This document shows positions 8,365 to 17,038 of a stretch of DNA of 64,000 bases, one piece after another. The notes beneath the pieces are model-generated. The model had not been told where the DNA came from. It worked only from the letters and a program-made list of their open reading frames with translations, and did not search any database. The stretch covers positions 523 to 64,522 of IMG/VR virus record IMGVR_UViG_3300021440_000017, one strand, 5' to 3'. Position 1 is the stretch's first letter; each line of letters opens with the position of its first letter. The translations under genes and the position numbers were made by a program. The stretch comes from a virus.

Positions 8365-8735
8365 CTCCTTTTGTGAGCGCCAGTGCGCTGCTCCTTAAGC
8401 TCGTCGTCTGACAGGTACTGAATGCCGCCCTTGTTATACGCCTGCCCCGTGCGAGCGGCCAGTGCTTTCTTCTCGGCACGCAGCGGATCGACCACGGGTT
8501 TCACCGCGACGCCCATTGATCTGGAACCGACGACGAGCTTGGCTTTTGTCGCTGCCAAGTCGTCGTCGGGCTCCACGCTCGCAGCGACCACGGTGATGCC
8601 CTTCGCTTTCGCACCGCGTTCCAACGGACGGTCGTGCTTCGCTAGTAGTTGAGCCCACGAGTCAGCGAGTTCACGCTGCTTCGCATTGGGCTTCTGCTTC
8701 TTGCGACGACCACGAGGCGCCTTGATGATCGTCAC
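8361..8735 (-). CDS. basic phage protein with C-terminal YNKGGIQY motif
   Basis: GTG start overlapping upstream TGA; TIIKAPRGRRKKQK...GQAYNKGGIQYLS. Confidence 0.6.
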   Translation of the reverse strand: MTIIKAPRGRRKKQKPNAKQRELADSWAQLLAKHDRPLERGAKAKGITVVAASVEPDDDLAATKAKLVVGSRSMGVAVKPVVDPLRAEKKALAARTGQAYNKGGIQYLSDDELKEQRTGAHKRR

Positions 8736-9688
8736 TGCGCCCCCGCGTCGAGTTCGGCTGCCAGCCGCGAAGCCGCCCGTTGCATGAGCGTGCGCGCTGC
8801 GCGCTCGGAACCACGGACACCGGTCTGCGCCCACGGCCAAAACACCGCGACGGAGAAACTGCGGGGGTGCGAGCGCGGAGGCAGCACCTGCGTGCTCACC
8901 GCGCCGAGTTCGGTTGCTTCGGCTGCCAGCGCTTCTGCGACCTTGCGCGTGCCGAGGCACCAGAGCTTCGTCTTGTGCACGCCCTTGTCGGCGCTGGAAT
9001 TCACGAAGATCGCGGGAGCGCGACGGCCATGCTTGATGGCGAGTGCGCGGGCCACCGTCGTCCACGTGTCAGCGTTGTGCAGTCGCTTCACGAGCCTTGC
9101 CGTCTCGTCCACGGTTTCCGTAGCGGGTTCGGGTTCGGGTGCTGCCGTTTCGCCCGGTGCGAGCACCACGTACGACTCAGCACGGAGCAGACGCACGGCG
9201 CGCGCCAGTTCGTCCTGGTGTTGCGCATCGTCGAACTCACGTTCATCGGTCACCGCTGCGTCCACCAGCGGACGAAACAGCGGGGCCAGCGCCACGAGTT
9301 CCGCGAGCACCGGCGACTTGTGTGCGGTCTTGCCGTAACGGGCGACCTCGTCTTCACCCTCGAAGAACTCGTGGAGGCTGGTCAGAGCGTTCACCGTCGT
9401 CAGCCCCGTGCAGCGAGCTTGGAACAGCCGGAGGCGTGCGTCATCCGGCACGAGTTCGGCGGCCTCGTGCTCCAGTTCGTACTGCTGGAGCGTCGCGTAT
9501 ATCTCGGCGACATCGGCGGGCACCGCCATGGACCGTGCCGTCGGGCCCCACTGCTCGATCACGGAAGTCATGATCTTCGTGGCCTCGTAAGCATCGAGCA
9601 CGACGCTGCCGGTGAACGGCACAACGAGCTTGCCGTGCTTGACGCCGGCCTTGGATTTCTTGGACTTGGGTTTGCGATTGGCGGCCAT
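8732..9688 (-). CDS. hypothetical protein (318 aa)
   Basis: GGAG SD, long ORF with phage-like codon use. Confidence 0.7.
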   Translation of the reverse strand: MAANRKPKSKKSKAGVKHGKLVVPFTGSVVLDAYEATKIMTSVIEQWGPTARSMAVPADVAEIYATLQQYELEHEAAELVPDDARLRLFQARCTGLTTVNALTSLHEFFEGEDEVARYGKTAHKSPVLAELVALAPLFRPLVDAAVTDEREFDDAQHQDELARAVRLLRAESYVVLAPGETAAPEPEPATETVDETARLVKRLHNADTWTTVARALAIKHGRRAPAIFVNSSADKGVHKTKLWCLGTRKVAEALAAEATELGAVSTQVLPPRSHPRSFSVAVFWPWAQTGVRGSERAARTLMQRAASRLAAELDAGAQ

Positions 9689-9702
9689 GATGGCACTCCA
9701 GA

Positions 9703-9715
9703 GTTGATATTGGTG
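9703..9715 (-). promoter_or_regulatory. 13-bp intergenic motif CACCAATATCAAC, copy 1 (identical copy at 26315-26327)
   Basis: Exact 13-bp match between two intergenic regions, both just upstream of a start codon. Confidence 0.5.
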
Positions 9716-9744
9716 TTCAGCAGGGGCCGTAGCCCCCGCCGGTC

Positions 9745-10302
9745 TTACTTGGCCTTGGCCGGTGCGGCCGAAGTCGGCTTCTGCACGGTGTAGCCCAGCC
9801 GCTTCAGCATCTTCACGGCGTCACCAGCGCGCTCGGCGTCGCGCTTGGCCTCACGCTTCTTCTGATCCACCACGTAGGCGTCCAGCAGCGGCTGAAGTTC
9901 TGCGTACACCGGCACGAGCACGGGGTCGATCACGGCGCGCAGCGTTTTCGGCATCGAGTAGTCGTACGGGTACTCGCTGGCGATGAAGCCGATGGCCTCG
10001 TGCAGGTCGTCGCGGTCGTCCACGTTCACGAGCATCGGCGGCTGCGCGAGCACGGCGGCGAGCACCGCCTTGTAGTGGCGGATCACGGCCTCGTCGGCCA
10101 TGTCGTCCACGAGTTCGCTCGCGCCGTCGATGCGGTGCTTGCGGAACGCCTTGAGCATGTCTTTGGGCATGCGGTCGTCGAGAATGCAGCACAGTGCGCC
10201 TCGCATGGAACTCATGTCCATGCTCGTGTGCACGATCACGGGGATCTCGACTTCGACTCGTTGCTGCTTGATCTTGATCTTGCGGTTGCGGTTGCGTGCC
10301 AT
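9745..10302 (-). CDS. hypothetical protein
   Basis: MARNRNRKIKIK...; AGGAG SD. Confidence 0.7.
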   Translation of the reverse strand: MARNRNRKIKIKQQRVEVEIPVIVHTSMDMSSMRGALCCILDDRMPKDMLKAFRKHRIDGASELVDDMADEAVIRHYKAVLAAVLAQPPMLVNVDDRDDLHEAIGFIASEYPYDYSMPKTLRAVIDPVLVPVYAELQPLLDAYVVDQKKREAKRDAERAGDAVKMLKRLGYTVQKPTSAAPAKAK

Positions 10303-10360
10303 GATGGCTCCTAGGTTGGTGGTATTGTTGCCGAGTAACGGACTCGGCGGCCGGTGATCT

Positions 10361-10852
10361 TCAGGCGCTCGCAGATGCGGCGAGCGTGGCTTTCGACGCC
10401 TTGGCGGCTGCGAAGTTGTAGCGAGTCTTCGCACGCTCCAAGTCGGCTTGCGCTCGGGCCAGCGCGCGCTGTGCCTTGCGCTTGTTCTCCGCGACGACTT
10501 TGGCCTTGACGGCTTGCACGTACGTTTCGAGCCGGAGCCGCGCCGCCTTGTACACGGCGACTTCGGCTTCGGTGGCCCGCCGGTACTTCGCTTGGGTCTG
10601 CACGCGGAGTACGTCACCGAGCTTGGCCGTCGGCCCGTGCTTCGCCACGAGGTCCGCGAGCTTCAGGTCGGACTTGAGCAGCTTGTCGCGCGTCGTGCCC
10701 GGCTTGTCCACGATGAACACGTTGCGGCCGACTTGGCGGAACTTCGAGCGGTACTTGAGCATCGCTGCGGGTATCGCCTTGTAGGTGCCTTCGACGTACA
10801 CGGTTTTCCCGTAGCGGCTGAGCCGCGTGAGTCGCACGTTGGTGCTTCGCAT
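10361..10852 (-). CDS. basic hypothetical protein
   Basis: MRSTNVRLTRL...; GAGGT SD. Confidence 0.7.
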   Translation of the reverse strand: MRSTNVRLTRLSRYGKTVYVEGTYKAIPAAMLKYRSKFRQVGRNVFIVDKPGTTRDKLLKSDLKLADLVAKHGPTAKLGDVLRVQTQAKYRRATEAEVAVYKAARLRLETYVQAVKAKVVAENKRKAQRALARAQADLERAKTRYNFAAAKASKATLAASASA

Positions 10853-10892
10853 GTGATTTACCTCTTTATCGTTCGATGGGTTAGCGCGGAGT

Positions 10893-11189
10893 TCAGTGGC
10901 CCGAGCGCGGGTCGTACTCCAGGGTGAAGCCGGCCTCGGCCAGCAGCGTGCGCACGATGTCGAGTTCGGCGTCGGTGGGCGGCCGATTCGCGTGGCCCAC
11001 GACATGACGGCACACGTTGTCGGTGCCGACAGACAGTGCCAGCCCGAACGGCGTGTCTTCGGCCGCGACCGCGAACACGCGCATGCCCTTGCGTTGAATG
11101 AACGTGCGGAACTGCGGATGTTCCAGCGCGTTGCGCATGACGCGGCCGGCTTCGGCCTGCTGCGCGTCGTCGAGTTCGGTCATCTTCAC
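10893..11189 (-). CDS. hypothetical protein
   Basis: operon packing. Confidence 0.6.
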   Translation of the reverse strand: MKMTELDDAQQAEAGRVMRNALEHPQFRTFIQRKGMRVFAVAAEDTPFGLALSVGTDNVCRHVVGHANRPPTDAELDIVRTLLAEAGFTLEYDPRSGH

Positions 11190-11611
11190 TTTCGATCTCC
11201 TGCAATGTACCGGTCAACGTGACCGGCGCCGTGTTCCGGGCCCACACCGTGTCCGTGGGTGTAGGACGCCTGCTCTTGCCACTCGCCACAGTAGAAGCAC
11301 TGCGCATCGGGTTCCGGGTGCCCGCACTTGGGGCACCGCCGAGTTCCGTCGGCACGCAGTGCGTCCACGACGAACCAGCGGATGTCCGCGCCGATGCCCC
11401 ACGCGACCTTGACGCTTCGATCATCTTGGCCCGGCACGAACGGCGAGCTATAGATTTCGAGTTCGGGTGCGGTCACAGTGGCAGGCACGAGCCCTGCGCG
11501 ATGCAAGTACGCGATGAACGTGGCGGCGCCCGCATCCGCGTCACCAGCATTGAGATACCCGTAGGCAGCACTGGCGTGCTGTGCTTCGTTGATGACAGTT
11601 CCGTTCTTCAT
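11186..11611 (-). CDS. hypothetical protein with C-terminal CxxC...CxxC zinc ribbon
   Basis: RRCPKCGHPEPDAQCFYCG. Confidence 0.6.
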   Translation of the reverse strand: MKNGTVINEAQHASAAYGYLNAGDADAGAATFIAYLHRAGLVPATVTAPELEIYSSPFVPGQDDRSVKVAWGIGADIRWFVVDALRADGTRRCPKCGHPEPDAQCFYCGEWQEQASYTHGHGVGPEHGAGHVDRYIAGDRK

Positions 11612-11618
11612 AGTCGCC

Positions 11619-11816
11619 TCAGTGCAGAACTCGGCGCGCGATCATCGTCAGCGCCTTGATCTTCGTGTTCGGATTCCGAGTCCGGTAGAACTCGGAGCGT
11701 GCGGCAGCGTCACAGACTGCCTGTTGCGTGCAGTGAACATGCACTGTGACGATCACCGCCTGGGGTGCTACGTCCGCGATGTCCACCACGTACGTGACTT
11801 CGTGACGGGGCCTCAT
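11619..11816 (-). CDS. hypothetical protein
   Basis: ATGA overlap. Confidence 0.5.
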   Translation of the reverse strand: MRPRHEVTYVVDIADVAPQAVIVTVHVHCTQQAVCDAAARSEFYRTRNPNTKIKALTMIARRVLH

Positions 11817-12211
11817 TTGCGAACCGGCATCGGCCGAGTTGCCGCAAAGCCGCCTTCGGGAAACTGCTGCGTGGTCGGAAACGGAACTTGCGTTACCGCG
11901 AAGCCCCCAACGTGCAGCGGCGGCTCGATGCCGTCACGTCCGCCCGTGCGGCTGTCGTTCGCAGCGCGTTCGACCGGCGCCGGCGGCAGCCTGGATTCGG
12001 CCATGCGAAGTCGGAGCTTGGTGGCCTCCAGTTGTTGCTTCACGATGTCCAGTTGCTTCACGACGCCGGCGTGCGCGTCGCGCCCGGCAGACACGCGCAG
12101 CTTGAGCATGCGGTTGTCGTTGCGCGCCTGCACGAGACGAAGTTGCAGCACGACGATGATGACGAAGGCAGCAGCGATGCTGACACCCATGAGTGAAATG
12201 ATCCAGTACAT
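11813..12211 (-). CDS. N-terminal TM plus coiled-coil protein, first gene after promoter B
   Basis: MYWIISLMGVSIAAAFVIIVVL; AAGGAG SD. Confidence 0.7.
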   Translation of the reverse strand: MYWIISLMGVSIAAAFVIIVVLQLRLVQARNDNRMLKLRVSAGRDAHAGVVKQLDIVKQQLEATKLRLRMAESRLPPAPVERAANDSRTGGRDGIEPPLHVGGFAVTQVPFPTTQQFPEGGFAATRPMPVRK

Positions 12212-12224
12212 GACTCTCCTTGTG

Positions 12225-12312
12225 GCCGAAATTTCCAAGTTCGTGTCGTCCGGTTTTCGGCGCTGCGACCTTCCGACAACCACATTTTACCAGAGAAAAT
12301 GCGGGTCAGCAA
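12225..12312 (-). promoter_or_regulatory. sigma70-type promoter B plus conserved structured leader
   Basis: TTGCTG-17-TAAAAT with TG extension; leader stem GCCGAAA/TTTCGGC enclosing ACC...AACTTGGAAA. Confidence 0.8.
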
Positions 12313-13022
12313 GTGAATTTTTCACGGGTTTCCACCGGGTTTTCGAGCGAACTTGGCGGGGTTGAAGCAAGGCGCTTGAAACGTGCGACGCGCCGCAGTA
12401 GCGCGGGTCTGAAGAACGCCAGGAGGTCTGCATACTCAGGCCACTTGGCCTCGAAAGCCAAGAGTTCAATCTCGATGTACCTGATGTCATCTTGCACAGT
12501 GAAGCTGCCTAGAACAGGTTGCATCGACTGGACCATGAGGAGCCAGCGCATGCAAGGTACTCGCTTCAGTGAGCCAGGCAGGTCATGTGTGTGATGCAGC
12601 ACGATGTGGTAGGCCAGCGTGATGATGGTTCTCACAGGCTCTTTCGTGTTCAACTTCGTGAACAACGCAGTCAGACAACGGTTGAGCAGTGCAGCTTCCT
12701 CATACCAGCGTTTGCGTTGCTCACGTTCAGCCTGAGTGAACGCTGCCGCATAGCTGGCACGCCCCGGACCCTTCTCTGGAAGGCGCGATAGTAAAGCCCC
12801 GGACTCAGAAAGGTAGAACCTTTTGGGGAGCTTGCGATCATTGACATCCGGCACCTTGGACACGTAAGGGACCTGAACATTGACAAACGCATCCGGACTG
12901 GTGGTCTTAGGCCATCGAAGATGCAATTCCGGGGGTCCGATTCCGACTTCAGGGGGCACGCAGCCTATTCCATGAACCATGTAGAAGTAGTCTACGGACT
13001 CCCGAGAATTGACGTACAGCAC
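12306..13022 (-). CDS. hypothetical protein, lower GC
   Basis: 238-codon ORF starting 4 nt after the helicase stop; start codon uncertain. Confidence 0.55.
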   Translation of the reverse strand: MLYVNSRESVDYFYMVHGIGCVPPEVGIGPPELHLRWPKTTSPDAFVNVQVPYVSKVPDVNDRKLPKRFYLSESGALLSRLPEKGPGRASYAAAFTQAEREQRKRWYEEAALLNRCLTALFTKLNTKEPVRTIITLAYHIVLHHTHDLPGSLKRVPCMRWLLMVQSMQPVLGSFTVQDDIRYIEIELLAFEAKWPEYADLLAFFRPALLRRVARFKRLASTPPSSLENPVETREKFTC

Positions 13023-13025
13023 AGG

Positions 13026-14561
13026 TCAGGCCTCCATACTGAACGTCGCAAAGCTGTAGCTAGGCACATTGACGCGGATGTACGTCGGACGCACATACGG
13101 AGAGAGTCGCGCGCCCGGGTCACGATACAACCCACGTGTGCCATCAAGCTCTTTCAACTGGTTTGTTCCCGCAGCGCTGTTTCGGTACCTGCGTTCCAGT
13201 GGAACTTCCAATGAAACACGACGGCCACTTTCAGCGTGATGCCACACGACCTGGGCCACAACCTCGAACAGCGTTATCTCCGGGCTTTGCGCACCGTAGG
13301 GTACCTCACGCTCGATGACTTGCCATTCCAAAACGGGAGCCAGCAATGTGAATCTGTCATCGAACAGCACGGGCTTCAGACTGCTCTGTGTGTCAATGCG
13401 TGGTTGCATGCCGGCGAAGCCAATGGAAGAATGGTTGACCTTCGGGCCGCGTCCATACACGTGGACGACACCTTCTTCTTTCATCGGCAGATCGTCCCAG
13501 TCGTCCAAGTCGCCGAACCGGTCACGGTTGCCCGCGAAGTCCAGTACCAAGCAGACCTTGTTGGGGAACATACGAATGCCGCGACCTACCGCTTGCACGT
13601 AGGTGCCCTTGAACGTGTAGGGTCGCAACAGAACCACGCAGTCTATCGCGGGGAAGTTGTACGACGTGGACAGCATGTTCACGTTTATCAGGTACGTGAG
13701 TTCCCCGCGCTCGAACGCGGCGATCACATCCGCATTCGTTTCCGGTGTCTTGTAGCTGACGAGCCCCACTTTCAATCCACGCTGCTTGCACAAGAACAAT
13801 GTGTGCTCAGCATGGGAAGTGTTGATGCAGAAAATGAGCACGTGCTTGTGCGCGGCACCGGGGACCGTAGTAGCGGCGACAAGTTCCGTGATCTGTTCGT
13901 TGAGGATTGCCAGCGCGGGCCTCAGCGTCAGCGCATCCACCTTCTGATCGTAGTTCTCCTGCTCGCGCTCGTTCAAGTCTTGCAGACTCAGCACTTGCTC
14001 TCGCGTGAGGCTGTGGTTGGCCTTCAGCGGACGGATTGGCGACAGGTGATTGAGCTTCACGCACTCACGGATCGTCGGGCCTGTGATCTGACGAGTGAAG
14101 AATCCGCTTCCGCCCGCAATCGGACCTGTGTCGAAACGATACGGAGTGGCGGAGAAGCCAATGATGCAGGCTTGCGGATGAGCGCTGAAGATCACTCGAT
14201 AGTCAGAGTCCGCGTGAAACGGTACACGGTGCGCTTCACTGAGGATGATCGCACCGAAGTAGTTGCGCGGGTATTTTTCGAGAATGCGTCGTTGGGCCTG
14301 TCGCGTCCACGACAGAATTCGCTCACCGGAAGGGCACTCTGTAGCCAACGCTATGTTCTGATCCCGATCGCGGGTCCAATCAGTCAACGTCAGCACGGGC
14401 TTATCGGTACGTGCGATCATGTACTCGCACACGTACTGCATCATCACGCCCTTTCCCGTACCTGTGGGAGACACGACAACGGGGTGATCTTCTGCATCCA
14501 GACTGCCTCCGTGGTACAGTTGCTGGAGTAACCGTTCTTGGAAAGGCCAAAGTGTTTTCAT
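13026..14561 (-). CDS. SF2 DExH-box helicase (RadD/UvsW-like) with atypical Walker B
   Basis: Q-motif LWPFQ, PTGTGK, IILSEAH, SATP, INVNMLSTSYNFP, QAVGRGIR. Confidence 0.9.
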   Translation of the reverse strand: MKTLWPFQERLLQQLYHGGSLDAEDHPVVVSPTGTGKGVMMQYVCEYMIARTDKPVLTLTDWTRDRDQNIALATECPSGERILSWTRQAQRRILEKYPRNYFGAIILSEAHRVPFHADSDYRVIFSAHPQACIIGFSATPYRFDTGPIAGGSGFFTRQITGPTIRECVKLNHLSPIRPLKANHSLTREQVLSLQDLNEREQENYDQKVDALTLRPALAILNEQITELVAATTVPGAAHKHVLIFCINTSHAEHTLFLCKQRGLKVGLVSYKTPETNADVIAAFERGELTYLINVNMLSTSYNFPAIDCVVLLRPYTFKGTYVQAVGRGIRMFPNKVCLVLDFAGNRDRFGDLDDWDDLPMKEEGVVHVYGRGPKVNHSSIGFAGMQPRIDTQSSLKPVLFDDRFTLLAPVLEWQVIEREVPYGAQSPEITLFEVVAQVVWHHAESGRRVSLEVPLERRYRNSAAGTNQLKELDGTRGLYRDPGARLSPYVRPTYIRVNVPSYSFATFSMEA

Positions 14562-14577
14562 ATGCGGCTCTCAGTTA

Positions 14578-14610
14578 GGCGCCGTTGTGATTAGCAACGG
14601 CGCCGTTGCT
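14578..14610. repeat. overlapping inverted repeat and 18-bp palindrome
   Basis: GGCGCCGTTG-N7-CAACGGCGCC overlapping AGCAACGGCGCCGTTGCT, intergenic. Confidence 0.75.
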
Positions 14611-14614
14611 CACG

Positions 14615-16165
14615 TCACATCGCGTAGAAGCCGGGGATCAGCCGCTCGCGGATGGTGCTCCAGCGTTCCATGTTCGGGAACTTGCCCTCGAAGTACGCAT
14701 CACGCAGTTCGCCCAGCTTCTCCTGGTCCGGCGTCTGCATGTCGTACGCCACGAAATCCGAGCCTTCGCGCTCGACACGGATGTAGCCGCGCAGACTGCG
14801 CTTCATGTGGTCCTTGTCGGTCTTGGGGTCCTTGAACATCGGCACCTGCTGACCGTTGATGATCGAGTTCGTGGCCTTGTACGCATGGTTGTACGTGTCC
14901 CGCGACACCAACTGGTAGGTGTAGCTGCCGATGCCGTACACCATGTTGGACGAGCAGAAGCCCCCGTCGAACATGCGCTGGTTGATTTCGGTGCCACGGG
15001 CGAGGTTGATGGCGTCCCCGTAGATGCCGCCGACATGCGGGTCGAGCAGCCAGTGCCCGGTCTGCGTGCGATGCGTCGCCGTCGTCTCCGGGTCGAACAC
15101 TTCGAGCATGCACCGGAGCAGCCCCTTCTGTTCCGGCGAACCTTGATCGGCATCGTCGTCACCCATCACGATCTTCACGGGGTCGCCCGAGTCCGGACGG
15201 ATCACGTACTTGGCGAGTCCGAACATGTCGGGTTGCCGTGCGAGAATCGCGGGCTTCAACTGGCGCAGGCCTTCGGTCGCCATCCACCAGAAGTCGTAGC
15301 TGTCGTTCACGTGGGAGACGATGCCACGCGGGTACAACTCGGTGATGAGGCGCTTGACGAAATCGACCTCACCTTCCGGGCCGTTCTGCGTGACCACGCC
15401 GTGCTCCGTGGCCGGCACCGAGCCCCCGAGCATTTCCATGCTCGCGTCGGCCATGTAGGCCCACTCCAGATAGTCCAGGGTGGAAATGCTGTCGGTGCCG
15501 GTGAAGCACGCTGAGTGCCCGATGTCCATGCTCCCGTCGAACACGCCGGACATGCCACGGAACGCGAAGTTGTGTCCTTGCCAGCGGATGAAGTTGGCGA
15601 TGCCGCCCGTCTTGTCGCAGAACTGCGTGAGCATGCGCCGGAACTCGTAGGCCGTCGTTGCGTTCGTCGGGGTTTTCCACACCTCTGATGACAACTGCGA
15701 CTCGATGTACGCGGCGACCCAGGATGTCGGAGCACCGCGTGTGGACCGCACCGTGAACGTCGGCACCCGCAGGTTCACACGCGAGCCCTCGGGCAACTGC
15801 TTCACGTGGATTGGCAGGAAGCCCAGGTCGTGCAGCGCGCCGATCTGTTCGGTCGAAACCGCCTTGGGTCCGAGCGCATAGTCCATGCGACGCTGGAACC
15901 GTGCAAGCACCATAGCCTTGGGCTTGCTGAAGAAGGTCTGGTGCCAGATGGCGTGCAAGAACATGAGCTTGCCCTGGAGGCCGAGCCACACGGTCTTGCC
16001 ATCCCAGTCCGGCAGCACCTGCGCGTGGCCGGCGCCGCGTGCCGTGAAGTTCAGGTACAGTTCTTCGGTGCCCGGCCGGTGTTGGCGCATGTGCCCCGGC
16101 TTGTAGAAGTCGGCCAGATGCGGCGCGAAGATGAAGTCCATCGGGTCCAGTGAATTCGGGATCAT
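14615..16165 (-). CDS. nadV: nicotinamide phosphoribosyltransferase-like enzyme (Nampt/NadV; candidate Namat of NARP1)
   Basis: ADFYKPGH, HNFAFRG, VPATEHG, IRPDSGDP, IYGDAI, SRDT, KDPKTD motifs. Confidence 0.9.
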   Translation of the reverse strand: MIPNSLDPMDFIFAPHLADFYKPGHMRQHRPGTEELYLNFTARGAGHAQVLPDWDGKTVWLGLQGKLMFLHAIWHQTFFSKPKAMVLARFQRRMDYALGPKAVSTEQIGALHDLGFLPIHVKQLPEGSRVNLRVPTFTVRSTRGAPTSWVAAYIESQLSSEVWKTPTNATTAYEFRRMLTQFCDKTGGIANFIRWQGHNFAFRGMSGVFDGSMDIGHSACFTGTDSISTLDYLEWAYMADASMEMLGGSVPATEHGVVTQNGPEGEVDFVKRLITELYPRGIVSHVNDSYDFWWMATEGLRQLKPAILARQPDMFGLAKYVIRPDSGDPVKIVMGDDDADQGSPEQKGLLRCMLEVFDPETTATHRTQTGHWLLDPHVGGIYGDAINLARGTEINQRMFDGGFCSSNMVYGIGSYTYQLVSRDTYNHAYKATNSIINGQQVPMFKDPKTDKDHMKRSLRGYIRVEREGSDFVAYDMQTPDQEKLGELRDAYFEGKFPNMERWSTIRERLIPGFYAM

Positions 16166-17001
16166 GGCTGGTTCTCCTGTTCAGGTTCGTAAGCGTAGGG
16201 GAAGACGTGGATGTTCTTCGGAACGTCGGCATCGGCGCGCAGCAGGTGCGCAACGTACACGTTGGCGAACCGCGAGGCGATCACCGGGTAGCCGGCGGAG
16301 AAGATGCCGTGCGTCACGTACAGGTCGATGCGCCCGTCGGTGAGCTTGCGCAGTTCGGCTTCGAGGTTCAGGAACGTGCGGCCGCCGTCGCAGATGTCAT
16401 CAACGATCAGGAAGTTCCGGGTGCCGACGTGTTCCGCGTACACCACGGCACCGGACAGCGCACCGGTCACGGGATCACGCGACTTGTCGGCGCGGACCCA
16501 CGCGAACCCGTAAGCCTTCGCCAGCGCTTCGACCTTTTTGATGGCGCCGGCATCAGGTGCCACGAGGATCGTGGTGTCCGCGAGCTTGCGAAGCAGCGGG
16601 GCGATGAAGTGCTCGACCCGCAGGTTCTTCACGTTGTTGAGCACCGCGAGTGCCACATCGCTGTGGACGTCCCACACGGTGACCGACTTGTAGCCCTGGA
16701 GGTTCACGAGGTCGCAGAACACCCGCAGGGAGTGGCTCTCGCCGACGGTGGTCACGCGATCTTGCCGGGCATACGGCAGGTACGGCAGCACCAGATGAAC
16801 GGCCGCCGCGCCGAGCCTGCGCGCAGCGTCGCCGAGCATGAACGTGAGCATCACTTCGTCGGACGACCACACCGGGGCAACCACAGTGACTTCACCGACG
16901 AGTTCTTGCACGGAGAAGCGGACCCACACTTCTCCTCCTGGGTAACGGCCGTGATCGTAGTTCACAGGTCGGCCTTGTTGATCGTTGACGAGTATCGTCA
17001 T
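16162..17001 (-). CDS. prs: ribose-phosphate pyrophosphokinase-like enzyme (Prs; candidate Adps of NARP1)
   Basis: YPGGEV, LPYLPYARQDR, VAPDAGA, LIVDDICDGGRTF, VTHGIFS. Confidence 0.9.
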   Translation of the reverse strand: MTILVNDQQGRPVNYDHGRYPGGEVWVRFSVQELVGEVTVVAPVWSSDEVMLTFMLGDAARRLGAAAVHLVLPYLPYARQDRVTTVGESHSLRVFCDLVNLQGYKSVTVWDVHSDVALAVLNNVKNLRVEHFIAPLLRKLADTTILVAPDAGAIKKVEALAKAYGFAWVRADKSRDPVTGALSGAVVYAEHVGTRNFLIVDDICDGGRTFLNLEAELRKLTDGRIDLYVTHGIFSAGYPVIASRFANVYVAHLLRADADVPKNIHVFPYAYEPEQENQP

Positions 17002-17038
17002 GTACGCCTTTCAGTTGTTGAACACGGGGATCAGAGCG

